Notes: generated by a model from the letters alone, not told the origin. A stretch of DNA of 64,000 bases from Desulfobacterales bacterium (GCA_963674755.2 CAXXVS010000002.1:1952001-2016000); one strand, 5' to 3'. Shown: positions 9,225-19,859, numbered from the stretch's first letter. Numbers and translations are program-made.

Positions 9225-10220
9225 AAGCGGAACCCGCGAATAGACGTCATCATCCAGCTTCCCACGCCGCCCCCGCTTCAACTGGTGGTACCCCGCCGCC
9301 GCGATCATGGCGGCGTTGTCGCCGCACAGCTCCAGCCCCGGAATGTGGACGGCCATTCCCTGCGCGGCACCGGCCTGGCGCACCCGTTCCCGCAGGCGGC
9401 GGTTGGCGGCCACGCCGCCCACCACCACCACGTGGCGGCTCCCCTTGTCCCGGGCGGCCTGGATGAGTTTGTAAGTCAGGACGTCGATCACGGCTTCCTG
9501 GAACCCGGCCGCCACGTCGGCCACCTGGCCGGCCATGCCCTCCGGATCGCCCTGCACCAGGCGGTTTACGGCGGACTTGATGCCGCTGAAGCTGAAGTCG
9601 AACCCGTTGCGGTCCAGAAAGGGCCGTTTGAAGGGAATCCGGGTGGGATCGCCCTGGTGGGCCAGGTCGTCGATGACCTTGCCGCCGGGGTAGCCCAGGC
9701 CGAGCACCTTGGCGACTTTGTCATAGGCTTCCCCGGCCGCGTCGTCCCGGGTCTGGCCCATGCGTTCCATGGCGGTATAACCGGTGACATGGTAGATAGC
9801 GGTGTGCCCTCCCGAAGCCAGCAAGGCGCAAAACGGGAAAGACGGCGGATCGTCTTCCAGGAAGACGGACAGGATGTGGCCCTCCAGGTGGTTGACCCCC
9901 ACCCAGGGGATGTCCAGCCCGTAGGCCAGGGCCTTGGCAAAAGAGTAGCCCACCAGGAGGGACCCCACCAGGCCGGGCCCCTGGGTCACGGCCACGGCGT
10001 CGATCGCCTCCCGGGCCAGACCAGCCTGGGCTAAGGTCTCCCGCACCACCGGCAAAATGGCCTCGATGTGCTTGCGCGAGGCCAGCTCCGGCACCACGCC
10101 GCCGAACCTGTGGTGGACATCCACCTGGGAGGCCACCACCGATGACAGCACCCGTTGCCCGTCTTCCACCACCGCCGCCGCGGTCTCGTCACAGGAGGAT
10201 TCAATCCCCAGAATCTTCAT
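9222..10220 (-). CDS. tsaD: tRNA N6-threonylcarbamoyltransferase TsaD
   Basis: ILGIESSCDET, GGVVPELASRKH, GPGLVGSL, NHLEGH, SGGHT, DDAAGEAYDK, FSFSG, DNAAMIA. Confidence 0.97.
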   Translation of the reverse strand: MKILGIESSCDETAAAVVEDGQRVLSSVVASQVDVHHRFGGVVPELASRKHIEAILPVVRETLAQAGLAREAIDAVAVTQGPGLVGSLLVGYSFAKALAYGLDIPWVGVNHLEGHILSVFLEDDPPSFPFCALLASGGHTAIYHVTGYTAMERMGQTRDDAAGEAYDKVAKVLGLGYPGGKVIDDLAHQGDPTRIPFKRPFLDRNGFDFSFSGIKSAVNRLVQGDPEGMAGQVADVAAGFQEAVIDVLTYKLIQAARDKGSRHVVVVGGVAANRRLRERVRQAGAAQGMAVHIPGLELCGDNAAMIAAAGYHQLKRGRRGKLDDDVYSRVPL

Positions 10221-10289
10221 ACACCCATCACTCCCATCAGGGGTTTTTCATCCGCCGGCAACCAACACCCCCGGCCATGCCCTTCCCTG

Positions 10290-11864
10290 TCAGCTGTCGG
10301 ATTTTTCAGGGGCTTCTTCGCTTTTATCGGCCGCCCCGGTGTCTTTGGTATCATCCATCCGTCCCAAATATTTGGGAAGCTCAAGCCCCGCCATTTCGGC
10401 GATATCATGCAGCGGCGGCAGACTCTTCACGATCCCCGACAAAAAATTGGCCGTGGTGGTGCTGCCATTGCCGGTCTGACCGCCGTCCCAGACCGTGATC
10501 TTGTCGATTTTCAGGTTCTTGACGGCTTCCACCTGCATCTGGACCATCTGCTCAATCTTTTCAATCATCAAAAGCGTTGCCGCCGCGCGCGCATCGCCCT
10601 GGCAGCTCTGGACGAGTTCGGCATAACCGGAGGCCTTGCTCTCCAGCACCTGTTTGATGCCCCGGGCCTCGGCTTCGTATTTGAGAAGAACGGCATCGGC
10701 TTCGCCTTTGGCTTCGCGGCGCCGCTTTTCGGCCTCTGCTTCGGCCGCAATTTCGATCTCGCGTTTCTCGATCTCCCGCTTGACGATCTCCTCGGCATTG
10801 AGGCGCTCCAATTCGGATCGGTATTGGGCCTTCTGGATCTCGACCAGGGCGTCGCGCTTGGCCACCTCGCCGAGCTTGTCGGCTTCGGCGCGTTTGACGG
10901 CCAATTCCGCTTCCGCATCGGCAATCGCGGCCTTGGCCTTGTTTTCGCCCGCAATGGCCGTGGCTTCCTGCTCCTGCACATAAATGCGCTTGTCGGCATC
11001 GGCGTGCTTGCGGCCTTTCTCGGCCTCGGCCAGGTTTTCGGCCACCTTGATTTCCTTCTCCTTATCGGCGACCGCCTCCCCGATGGTGGCGGCCGATTCC
11101 TGCTGCTGGACGAAGATGCGCTGGTCCGCTTCCGCCTTTTTCTTGCCCTTCTCGGCCTCGGCCACGTTTTCGGCCACCTTGATTTCCTTCTCCTTGGACG
11201 CCATGGCCTGGCCGATCGCGCCGTGCTTCTCCTGTTCGGCCACGTCGATCTTGGCCTGGTTGATGGCTTCGGCCGCGGCCTTCTTGCCGATGCTTTCGAT
11301 GTAGTCCGATGAATCGGTGATGTCGGTGATATTGACGTTGATCAGGTAGAGTCCGATCTTGTTCAGCTCCGGGGCGACGTTCTTGCGGATTTCCTCCAGG
11401 AAGCGTTCCCGGTCCTGATTGATCTGCTCGATGGTGAGCGAAGCCACGGTGAGGCGCAACTGGCCGAAAATGATCTCCTTAGCCATTTCCTCGATCTCCT
11501 GCTGGGGCAGGTTGAGGAGCCGTTCGGCCGCGTTGTTCATAATCCCGGGTTCTGTACTGACCCCCACCGTAAAGGTGCTCGGCACGTTGATCCGGATATT
11601 TTGCTGGGAGAGGGCGTTTTGCAGGGGAATATTGATGGTCATGGGGGTCAGGTCCATAAAAGCGTAATCCTGGATCAACGGCCAGACCAAGGTGCCGCCG
11701 CCATGGATGCAGTCCGCCGACTGACCGCCCCCCACCTTGCCGAAGATCACCAGAATCTGGTCTGAAGGGCAGCGCTTGTAGCGCGAGGCCAGAAACACCA
11801 GCGTCATCGTCACGAGCAGAACAAACGCAATGATTACAATGGCCCAGAAACCGAGTGCTTCCAT
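10290..11864 (-). CDS. Flotillin/SPFH family membrane protein
   Basis: N-terminal TM, SPFH domain (GQLRLTVASLTIEQINQDRERF, NVNITDI), long AE-rich coiled coil, IDKITVWD. Confidence 0.9.
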   Translation of the reverse strand: MEALGFWAIVIIAFVLLVTMTLVFLASRYKRCPSDQILVIFGKVGGGQSADCIHGGGTLVWPLIQDYAFMDLTPMTINIPLQNALSQQNIRINVPSTFTVGVSTEPGIMNNAAERLLNLPQQEIEEMAKEIIFGQLRLTVASLTIEQINQDRERFLEEIRKNVAPELNKIGLYLINVNITDITDSSDYIESIGKKAAAEAINQAKIDVAEQEKHGAIGQAMASKEKEIKVAENVAEAEKGKKKAEADQRIFVQQQESAATIGEAVADKEKEIKVAENLAEAEKGRKHADADKRIYVQEQEATAIAGENKAKAAIADAEAELAVKRAEADKLGEVAKRDALVEIQKAQYRSELERLNAEEIVKREIEKREIEIAAEAEAEKRRREAKGEADAVLLKYEAEARGIKQVLESKASGYAELVQSCQGDARAAATLLMIEKIEQMVQMQVEAVKNLKIDKITVWDGGQTGNGSTTTANFLSGIVKSLPPLHDIAEMAGLELPKYLGRMDDTKDTGAADKSEEAPEKSDS

Positions 11865-11975
11865 AGATCCTCCTGTTGATGGGTGCCGAGCGCAACGGCT
11901 GAAAGGCCCGGGCAGATGATCCGCATTAGGTGTTTTCCCGCACCAGGGGTCTCCCGTTCACAACGCGTGCCGCCT

Positions 11976-12557
11976 TCAAATCGGCTCCACGACCAGGACG
12001 TTCCCGTCGACCCAGACAACACGTACCGGCTTCCCGGTCTCGATGGGCTGCTTGTCCTGGGAACTGGCGTCGTATTCGCGCAGACTGTTGCGCACACTGA
12101 TCAATACGCGCCCCGTGCCGTTCGACGGAATCGTCAGATAGACCTTGCCCTGGGCACCAACCGTGCTCTCGATGGAAATCGTCCCGCTGGACTGCAGGCG
12201 GACAACCATCCTGAACATCTTGGCGATGACCCAGACCGATGCCAGGCCGGCGGCCAATCCGCCGATCATGGAGACCAGCATGCCCATGCGGCTTTCATGG
12301 TAGAACGCCATCCCCACCAGGCCGAACATCATGAGGAATGAGGTGATGCCCTGCAGCGACAGCAGCTTGAAGCCCACATCGGAATCCGCGTGATGGCCGT
12401 CCAGATCGGGTCCGCCGACCGTCCCATCGCCGGCGTCCCCGTCATGGAAACCGAACAGCAGCAGGACGAACCGGATGCCGACAAAAGCGCCGCCAACCAC
12501 CGCGCATATCAGGAAGAACACCTCAACGCCGTTAAACTGCGAAAAGTAGGCTGCCAT
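11976..12557 (-). CDS. NfeD-like membrane protein (flotillin partner)
   Basis: Three TM segments and C-terminal OB-fold pattern (VGAQGKVYLTIP...GKPVRVVWVDGNVLVVEP); directly upstream of flotillin. Confidence 0.85.
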   Translation of the reverse strand: MAAYFSQFNGVEVFFLICAVVGGAFVGIRFVLLLFGFHDGDAGDGTVGGPDLDGHHADSDVGFKLLSLQGITSFLMMFGLVGMAFYHESRMGMLVSMIGGLAAGLASVWVIAKMFRMVVRLQSSGTISIESTVGAQGKVYLTIPSNGTGRVLISVRNSLREYDASSQDKQPIETGKPVRVVWVDGNVLVVEPI

Positions 12558-12877
12558 GGTCCATCTCCTTCGTTGTTCATCGGAATGGGGGCCGGTTCAC
12601 TTCGATCGGGAGGTGCGAACGGATCCCGTGACGCGGCTTTGGTCATGTTTGTTGCAAGTAGGCAATCGGGCTTGGCGAATAGTTTTAGATGGCGTGTTAT
12701 GAAAGGATCACAGGGTATGTTGAACGGTTATGCTTTCCTCCAAGACGCTATTGATGTTTGGGGTCCCGACCGGGAGCCTGTGGTTTAATCCCTCACCCCT
12801 GGCAGGGCGGCATCTGGGCCGCCCCCTTGGCGAGCCAGTCCAGGAGCCGCTTGAGCCAACCCGGACCGGCGTTTTCT

Positions 12878-13945
12878 TTACTGGGCGCGGCAGGCATCGT
12901 GTTCCACCCATTCGATACGGGGACCGGCATCCGGCCGTTTGATGATCTCGCCAATGACCGATACCGCTTCCCCCATGCCTTGCAGGCGCCCCACTACGTC
13001 CGCCACGGATGTTTCGGGCACCACCGCGATCATCCCGATGCCGTTGTTGAAGGTGCGCTTCATTTCGCGGTCGGCGATGCGGCCGGCGTTCTGCAAGAAA
13101 GGGAAAATGGGGGGGATTTCCCAACTGCCCTCGAACATGCGGATACCGCAGGATTCCGGGATGATGCGCACCACATTCTCCGAAATGCCGCCGCCGGTGA
13201 TGTGGGCCAGGCCCTTGAGGGGCAGATCCCGGTGAAGACTTTCGATGGCGGCGGCATAGATGCGGGTGGGGGTGAGCAGTTCCTCCCCGATGGTGCGTCC
13301 CAGTTCCGGCACATGGGTGCCCACATCCATTTTGAGAACGTCGAACACGATCTTGCGCACCAGGGAGTAGCCGTTGCTGTGCAGCCCGCTGGAGGCGATG
13401 CCCACGAGGCTGTCGCCCCGGCGAATCTCGCTGCCGTCGATGATTTTGGCATTGTCCACCAGGCCCACTGCGAAGCCGGCCAGATCGTACTCGTTGTCCG
13501 CATAAAATCCCGGCATTTCGGCGGTTTCGCCGCCGATCAGGGCGCACCCGGCCTGGCGGCAGCCTTCCCCGACGCCGCTGATCACGGCTTCGGCGATCCC
13601 TTCATCCAGTCGACCGGTGGAGAAGTAATCCAGGAAGAACAGCGGCCGGGCCCCCTGGACGATGATGTCGTTGACGCTCATGGCCACCAGGTCGATCCCC
13701 ACCGTGTCGTGGCGGCCCGTGAGAAAGGCGATCTTGAGTTTGGTGCCCACCCCGTCGGTGGAACTCACCAGCACGGGCTTCTCCATCTGGGCCACGTTGA
13801 GCGAAAACATGCCGCCGAAGCCGCCGATATCGCCCATGACACCGGGTCGGGCGGTGGATTTGGCGATGGCTTTGATCCGATCCACCAGGCGGTTGGCCTT
13901 GTCGATATCCACGCCGGCCGCGGCGTAAGTCAATTCTTCCGTCAT
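12878..13945 (-). CDS. purM: Phosphoribosylformylglycinamidine cyclo-ligase
   Basis: MTEELTYAAAGVDI, GGFGG, TDGVGTKL, PLFFLDY, GGETAEMPG, SSGLHSNGYSL, HITGGG, TFNNGIG. Confidence 0.97.
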   Translation of the reverse strand: MTEELTYAAAGVDIDKANRLVDRIKAIAKSTARPGVMGDIGGFGGMFSLNVAQMEKPVLVSSTDGVGTKLKIAFLTGRHDTVGIDLVAMSVNDIIVQGARPLFFLDYFSTGRLDEGIAEAVISGVGEGCRQAGCALIGGETAEMPGFYADNEYDLAGFAVGLVDNAKIIDGSEIRRGDSLVGIASSGLHSNGYSLVRKIVFDVLKMDVGTHVPELGRTIGEELLTPTRIYAAAIESLHRDLPLKGLAHITGGGISENVVRIIPESCGIRMFEGSWEIPPIFPFLQNAGRIADREMKRTFNNGIGMIAVVPETSVADVVGRLQGMGEAVSVIGEIIKRPDAGPRIEWVEHDACRAQ

Positions 13946-14183
13946 GATCTGTTCTCCTGAACCCGGCAAGTTGCAAGAGCCTCCAAGGGCTCGATATCCC
14001 TTCCTGATATGCCAAAACAATTTTTTTGACAAGCCCCCGGCGATATTGTAACTCACTTCTCACAAGGTCACGATTGGTGCTCACATCGCCAAGGCCCGCC
14101 CTGCCCCCTGGCGTATTTCCGACGACCTGACGCGTCCGGCATCCGGCACTGCCCCTCAGGTCGTATTCCCCAAGAGGTGAACA

Positions 14184-15353
14184 ATGACGCGCTTTGCCCG
14201 CCTGGATCGCCTGCCGCCCTATGTTTTTGCCACGGTCAACGAATTGAAAATGGAGTGCCGCCGTGCCGGTGAAGACATCATCGACATGGGCATGGGCAAC
14301 CCCGACCTCTCCACGCCCCCCCATATCGTCGCCAAGATGGTGGAGGCCGCCCAGAAACCCCACAACCACCGCTACTCGGCCTCCATGGGCATCACCCGGC
14401 TGCGCAGTGCCATTGCCGACTGGTACGGGCGCCGCTTCGATGTGGACATCGATCCGGAGCGCGAAGCCATCGTCACCATCGGCGTCAAGGAAGGCATGTC
14501 CCACCTCGTGCTGGTCACCATCCGCCCCGGCGACGTGGTCTTCACCCCCACCCCCACCTACCCCATCCATCCCTATTCCGCCATTATCGCCGGCGGCGAC
14601 GTGCGCGGCATCCCGGTGGGGCCGGGCAACGATTTTTTCGCCAACCTGGTGGAGGCCACCCGCCAGACCTGGCCCAAGCCCAAAGTCCTGATCATCAGCT
14701 ACCCCCACAACCCCACCACCGAGGTGGTGGATCTGGATTTCTTTGAAAAAATCGTGGCCTACGCCAAAGAGCACGATATCATGGTCATCCATGATTTCGC
14801 CTATGCCGATCTGACCTTCGACGGCTACCAGGCCCCCAGCTTTATGCAGGCCGAGGGCGCCCGGGACGTGGGGGTGGAATTCTTCTCCCTGTCCAAGAGC
14901 TACAGCATGCCCGGTTGGCGGGTGGGTTTCTGCGTGGGCAACCCCGAGATCATCTTCGCCCTGAAGCGCATCAAAAGCTATCTGGATTATGGTATTTTCC
15001 AGCCCATCCAGATCGCTTCCATCATCGCCCTGAACGAAGACCAGAGCTGTGTCGCCGACATCCGGGACATCTACCGCGAGCGCCGGGACGCGCTCATCGC
15101 CGGCCTGGGCCGGATCGGCTGGGAGATCCCCTCCCCCAAAGGCACCATGTTCGTGTGGGCCCGCATTCCCGAGCAGTTCCGCCATATGGGATCGGTGGAG
15201 TTTTCCAAATTCCTCATCCGGGAGGCCAAAGTGGCGGTTTCCCCGGGGCTGGGTTTCGGCAGCTACGGGGACGATTTCGTGCGCTTCGCGCTGATCGAAA
15301 ATGCCATGCGCATCAACCAGGCCGTGCGGGGTATCCGCACGATCATGAAATAA
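14184..15353 (+). CDS. PLP-dependent class I/II aminotransferase (AlaC/LL-DAP-AT-like)
   Basis: [49 protein letters not shown]. Confidence 0.9.
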   Translation: MTRFARLDRLPPYVFATVNELKMECRRAGEDIIDMGMGNPDLSTPPHIVAKMVEAAQKPHNHRYSASMGITRLRSAIADWYGRRFDVDIDPEREAIVTIGVKEGMSHLVLVTIRPGDVVFTPTPTYPIHPYSAIIAGGDVRGIPVGPGNDFFANLVEATRQTWPKPKVLIISYPHNPTTEVVDLDFFEKIVAYAKEHDIMVIHDFAYADLTFDGYQAPSFMQAEGARDVGVEFFSLSKSYSMPGWRVGFCVGNPEIIFALKRIKSYLDYGIFQPIQIASIIALNEDQSCVADIRDIYRERRDALIAGLGRIGWEIPSPKGTMFVWARIPEQFRHMGSVEFSKFLIREAKVAVSPGLGFGSYGDDFVRFALIENAMRINQAVRGIRTIMK

Positions 15354-15554
15354 TATCTGGCCAGGAGTGGCATCTTTGGGCCCCGGCTCCGCCGCCGGTG
15401 GACCGGGCTCCCGAACGAGGATATATCCACCTTTGGCGGACAAGGCGGCGTTCTCACTCTTAGGAAATCCTCGCCGTAGCTCGGCTACGCCTCCGGTTTC
15501 CTAATCGCTGCGGCCTTGGCCGGAACCCAAATCTACCACTCCTGGCCAGATATA
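15353..15554 (+). repeat. MITE-like palindromic element, copy 3
   Basis: Perfect 18-bp TIR ATATCTGGCCAGGAGTGG / CCACTCCTGGCCAGATAT; internal GGCATCTTTGGGCCCCGG, CGTAGCTCGGCTACG, GGAACCCAAATCTACCA. Confidence 0.8.
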
Positions 15555-15715
15555 CGATAGACGCTAACGCAAAAACACCATTCGCCGGTTTCCCCGGGGA
15601 GGGAAATCTGTTAAAGGTGGGCCGTTTTAATGGATGGATCCCGCATCCGATAGGAGCCAACAGGAAGCACCGGTCGATCGCGCGGTGCGTTGCCGGATAG
15701 AGAGGAGCAACAGGG

Positions 15716-17032
15716 ATGAAGACGCTGCAGGTGGGACTGCTGGGATTCGGCACGGTGGGGGCCGGTGTCGCGAAGTTGCTGGTGGAAAGCGCCGACCTTA
15801 TCCAGGCCCGCTTGGGCATGGCGCTGAACCTTAAATATGTGGCCGATATCGACATAGTGAGCGACCGGGGCGTGCGCCTGCCGGAGGGCGTCCTGATCAA
15901 GGACGCCGAGCGGGTGGTCAGCGATCCGGAGGTGGATATCGTCGTGGAGATGATCGGCGGCGAAGGCATCGCCAAAACCATGATCCTGAAAGCCGTCGAA
16001 AACGGGAAATCCGTGGTCACCGCCAACAAGGCTCTGCTGGCCAAGCACGGCGCTGAAATCTTCAAGGCCGCCGACCTCAAGGGGGTGGACCTGGCCTATG
16101 AGGCCAGCGTAGGGGGCTGCATGCCGGTCATCAAAACCATCCGGGAATCCCTGGTGGGCAACCGCATCGTGGGCATGGGCGGCATTTTGAACGGCACCTG
16201 CAACTACATCCTGAGCCGCATCACGGACGAGGGCCTCGGCTTCCCGGAAGCCCTGGCCAGGGCCACCGAGGCCGGCTATGCCGAAGCCGATCCTACGTTG
16301 GACGTGGAAGGCTTCGACACGGCCCACAAGCTGGCCATCCTGACCTCCCTGGCCTACGGTACCGAGGTCAATTTCGACGACATCTATATCGAGGGCATCA
16401 CCCAGATCACGCCGCTGGACATCGATTACGCCCGGCAGTTCGGCTACCGCATCAAGCTGCTGGCCATCAGCAAAAACCACGGTGATCGGGTGGAGGCCCG
16501 CGTGCATCCCACCATGATCCCCGAAGACAACCTGCTGTCCACCATCAGCGGATCCCTCAACGCCCTCAAGATCTCCGGCGATGCCGTGGAGGACGTCATG
16601 CTCTACGGCCACGGGGCCGGCCGGATGCCCACGGCCAGCGCCGTGATCGGCGACGTTGTGGATATCGCCCGCAACCTGGCCTACGGCGCCGGCGGCCGGG
16701 TGCCCCTGCGCTCCTTCCAGCCGGACCGGATCGGGCGTATTCCGATCCTGCCCATGGACGACCTGGTGACCCATTATTATTTCCGCTTTGCCGTCAAGGA
16801 CCAGCCCGGGGTGCTTTCCACCATTGCGGGTATTCTGGGGGAATACGGCATCAGCATCCAGTCCGTCCAGCAGAAGGGCCGTAAATCCACCGGGTCCGTG
16901 CCGGTGGTCATGCTGACCCACCAGGCCCGGGAAGCCGATGTGCAGGAGGCCTTCCGCCGCATCGGAGCCCTGGATGTGGTGGAAGAAAAGCCCATGCTCA
17001 TCCGACTGGAGGAGGCCGACCGCCTGGATTGA
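15716..17032 (+). CDS. hom: Homoserine dehydrogenase with C-terminal ACT domain
   Basis: GLLGFGTVG, VVTANKA, YEASVGGCMP, GILNGTCNYIL, GYAEADPTLDVEG, GAGRMPTASAV, DQPGVL. Confidence 0.96.
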   Translation: MKTLQVGLLGFGTVGAGVAKLLVESADLIQARLGMALNLKYVADIDIVSDRGVRLPEGVLIKDAERVVSDPEVDIVVEMIGGEGIAKTMILKAVENGKSVVTANKALLAKHGAEIFKAADLKGVDLAYEASVGGCMPVIKTIRESLVGNRIVGMGGILNGTCNYILSRITDEGLGFPEALARATEAGYAEADPTLDVEGFDTAHKLAILTSLAYGTEVNFDDIYIEGITQITPLDIDYARQFGYRIKLLAISKNHGDRVEARVHPTMIPEDNLLSTISGSLNALKISGDAVEDVMLYGHGAGRMPTASAVIGDVVDIARNLAYGAGGRVPLRSFQPDRIGRIPILPMDDLVTHYYFRFAVKDQPGVLSTIAGILGEYGISIQSVQQKGRKSTGSVPVVMLTHQAREADVQEAFRRIGALDVVEEKPMLIRLEEADRLD

Positions 17033-17125
17033 ACCGTCTAGCGCGGAAGTCTCAACCAAGGGCTGCGGCCCGGTCGCCAGCCCTCAACACGGCTGTTCAT
17101 CGACGGCCAAACCCTGCGAGGATCG

Positions 17126-17755
17126 ATGCATATCGTCTGTTCTGATTTGGAAGGGGTATTCGTACCGGAAATCTGGATCAATGTGGCCCAGATCACCGGC
17201 ATCGACGAACTGCGGCTGACCACCCGCGACATCAGCGACTACAATGTCCTGATGCGCAAGCGCCTGAGCATATTGGATGCCAACGGGCTGACCCTGCACG
17301 ACATCCAGCAGGTCATCGCCACCATGGAGCCCCTCAAGGGCGCCTTGGAACTCCTGGACTGGCTGCGGGCCCGCACCCGGGTGATCGTCGTCTCGGACAC
17401 CTTCGTGGAATTCGCCGCCCCGCTCATGGAAAAGCTCCAGCGCCCGACCCTGTTCTGCAATTCCCTGACGGTGGCGCCCGACAGCCGGATCACCGGCTAC
17501 ACCCTGCGCCAGCAGGATGGCAAGCGCAAGGTGGTGGAAGGATTGCAGGGCATGAATTTCAAGGTCGTCGCCATGGGCGACTCCTACAACGACATTACCA
17601 TGCTGCAAACGGCCGAAAAGGGCATCCTCTTCCGGCCACCCGAAAACGTGATGGCGGAATATCCGGATTTTCCCGTAACCGACAATTTCGAAGACCTGCG
17701 GGAACTCCTCGGGAAGGCCCTGGCCGATCTCTCCGACGGATCGGACCAGGCTTAA
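17126..17755 (+). CDS. thrH: Phosphoserine phosphatase/homoserine phosphotransferase ThrH
   Basis: DLEGVFVPEIW, LTTRDISDY, SDTF, GDSYNDITML HAD motifs. Confidence 0.92.
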   Translation: MHIVCSDLEGVFVPEIWINVAQITGIDELRLTTRDISDYNVLMRKRLSILDANGLTLHDIQQVIATMEPLKGALELLDWLRARTRVIVVSDTFVEFAAPLMEKLQRPTLFCNSLTVAPDSRITGYTLRQQDGKRKVVEGLQGMNFKVVAMGDSYNDITMLQTAEKGILFRPPENVMAEYPDFPVTDNFEDLRELLGKALADLSDGSDQA

Positions 17756-17796
17756 GCAAGCGGCCGCCGCCAACACCCAGGGTAGGATATGATCGT

Positions 17797-19245
17797 ATGA
17801 AGCAGCTTGTCCATCGTTTCGCCGACTGCCGCCTGCTGGTCATCGGCGATTTGATGATCGACGAATATGTCTGGGGCGAAGTGGACCGGATCTCGCCGGA
17901 GGCGCCTGTGCAGGTGGTCTCGGTGGTGCGCGAGGACCTGACCCTGGGCGGGGCCGGCAACGTGGTGAACAACCTGCGGGCCCTGGGAGGGCAGGTTGCC
18001 GTGGCCGGCGTCGTGGGCACGGCCGCAGACGGCAACCGCATGATCGCGATGTTCGAGCACCTGGCTGTGGACTGCCGGGGCGTGGTGCAGGAGGCCGAAC
18101 GCCCCACCACGCGCAAGACCCGCATCATCGCCTCCAGCCAGCACGTGCTGCGGGTGGACCGCGAAACCAAACGCGACATCTCGGCCGCTTCATTCGACCG
18201 GCTGGTGGCCTTTATCGAGGCGGTCATGCCGGAAATCGACATCGTCCTGGTGTCCGATTACAACAAGGGTTTGGTCACCAGGGATCTCATTGCCCGCATC
18301 ACCGCACTGGCGGGTCAACACGGCAAATACATCATCATCGACCCCAAGGGCCAGGACTACACCAAATACCAGGGGGCAACCCTGCTGACCCCCAACCGCA
18401 AGGAAGCCTCCCTGGCCTCGGGGATCGAAATCAGGGACGATGCCAGCCTGGACAAGGCCGCCGCCCGGATCATGGCAAGCGCGGGCATCGAGAAGCTGCT
18501 CATCACCCTGGGCAAGAACGGCATGGCGCTCTTCGCGTCCGGCCGGCCGGTCTATCGCATCGCCACCCGGGCCCGCCAGGTGTACGATGTCTCCGGCGCC
18601 GGGGACACCGTGCTGTCCGTGCTGGGTCTGGCCCTGGGCGCAGGCGCCTCTTTCCAGGAGAGCGTCAGAATGGCCAACAGCGCGGCCGGCATCGTGGTGG
18701 GCAAAGTCGGCACCGCGCCGGTCAGCATCGAGGAACTGACTTCCGCCCTGACCAACACCGGCGGACGCTTCCCCTCCAAGCACCGCACCCTGGAGGAGCT
18801 GCCGGCCATCGTCGGCGACCTGCAGCGCAACGGCCAGAAGGTCGTCATGACCAACGGCTGCTTCGATCTGCTGCACGCCGGCCACGTTCAGCTCTTTGCC
18901 GCGGCCAAGGAGCTGGGGGACTTCCTGATCGTGGCCATCGACGATGACGCTTCGGTGCGGGCCCTCAAAGGCCACGGCCGCCCGGTGATCCGGGCCGAGG
19001 AGCGCATCCGTATTTTGAGCGCCCTGGACAGTGTGGACGCGGTGGTGGTCTTCGCCTCCGACCGATTAGAGGCCGTACTCGAAGCCATACGACCCGATGT
19101 GCTGGTCAAAGGCAGCAACTACGACTCGGATCAGGTGCGGGGCGGCGACCTGGTGATCCGCCAGGGCGGGCGGGTGGCCCTGATTCCCATCAGTGAAGAC
19201 ATCTCGTCCTCACGCATCATCAAGAATATTCAGGAAAACAGATAG
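17797..19245 (+). CDS. hldE: Bifunctional heptose-7-phosphate kinase/heptose-1-phosphate adenylyltransferase
   Basis: RISPEAPV, GGAGNV, SDYNKG, TPNRKEA, DVSGAGDT; second domain TNGCFDLLHAGH, LVKGSNY. Confidence 0.95.
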   Translation: MKQLVHRFADCRLLVIGDLMIDEYVWGEVDRISPEAPVQVVSVVREDLTLGGAGNVVNNLRALGGQVAVAGVVGTAADGNRMIAMFEHLAVDCRGVVQEAERPTTRKTRIIASSQHVLRVDRETKRDISAASFDRLVAFIEAVMPEIDIVLVSDYNKGLVTRDLIARITALAGQHGKYIIIDPKGQDYTKYQGATLLTPNRKEASLASGIEIRDDASLDKAAARIMASAGIEKLLITLGKNGMALFASGRPVYRIATRARQVYDVSGAGDTVLSVLGLALGAGASFQESVRMANSAAGIVVGKVGTAPVSIEELTSALTNTGGRFPSKHRTLEELPAIVGDLQRNGQKVVMTNGCFDLLHAGHVQLFAAAKELGDFLIVAIDDDASVRALKGHGRPVIRAEERIRILSALDSVDAVVVFASDRLEAVLEAIRPDVLVKGSNYDSDQVRGGDLVIRQGGRVALIPISEDISSSRIIKNIQENR

Positions 19246-19400
19246 AAGGAAAAGGGGCCGAGGGTTTTAAAACAAACAATATTAACGGTGTCGGGTGGGC
19301 TTACCGCCTTTCCCGGATGCGATAGAGCATCGGAATGTTTTTCGGTTTTTCACTTGACCCCTTGAATCCTCGGATCCTTGAACCCTATTCGAACTGACCT

Positions 19401-19721
19401 ATGTGCTTCCACGACCATCCCCAAGGCCTGCTGATCGATGTGCGGGTGCAACCCAAATCAGCGCAGAACGCCATCGTCGGCGAGCACGACGGCGCCCTCA
19501 AGATCAAGCTCAACGCCCCGCCGGTCGAAGGCAAGGCCAACAAGGCCCTCGTGCAATTCCTGGCCAAACGGCTGCGCTGCCCCAAGTCCTCCCTGGAAAT
19601 CATCTCCGGCCAGACCAGCCGCAGCAAGCGCCTCCTGGTGCGCATCGCCACGGATGCCGAATTCACGGCCCGCCGCGAAACCATGAAAAAGATCCTGAAT
19701 CATCAGGTTTCGAACCGATAA
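19401..19721 (+). CDS. DUF167 (YggU/UPF0235) protein
   Basis: VRVQPKSA, APPVEGKAN, ISGQTSRSKRL. Confidence 0.9.
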   Translation: MCFHDHPQGLLIDVRVQPKSAQNAIVGEHDGALKIKLNAPPVEGKANKALVQFLAKRLRCPKSSLEIISGQTSRSKRLLVRIATDAEFTARRETMKKILNHQVSNR

Positions 19722-19725
19722 TGAC

Positions 19726-19754
19726 TTGACAATGATACCGGATAGGACTAAATT
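19726..19754 (+). promoter_or_regulatory. Sigma70 promoter of the tRNA
   Basis: TTGACA-17 nt-TAAATT. Confidence 0.65.
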
Positions 19755-19771
19755 GCGTTTTTACAAATTGA

Positions 19772-19848
<77 letters not shown>

Positions 19849-19859
19849 TCAAACAAAAC

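Noticed and set aside
14057..14183. Riboswitch or attenuator before the aminotransferase
   Set aside because: Only one stem (ACGACCTGA/TCAGGTCGT); no known aptamer motif, leader peptide or terminator.
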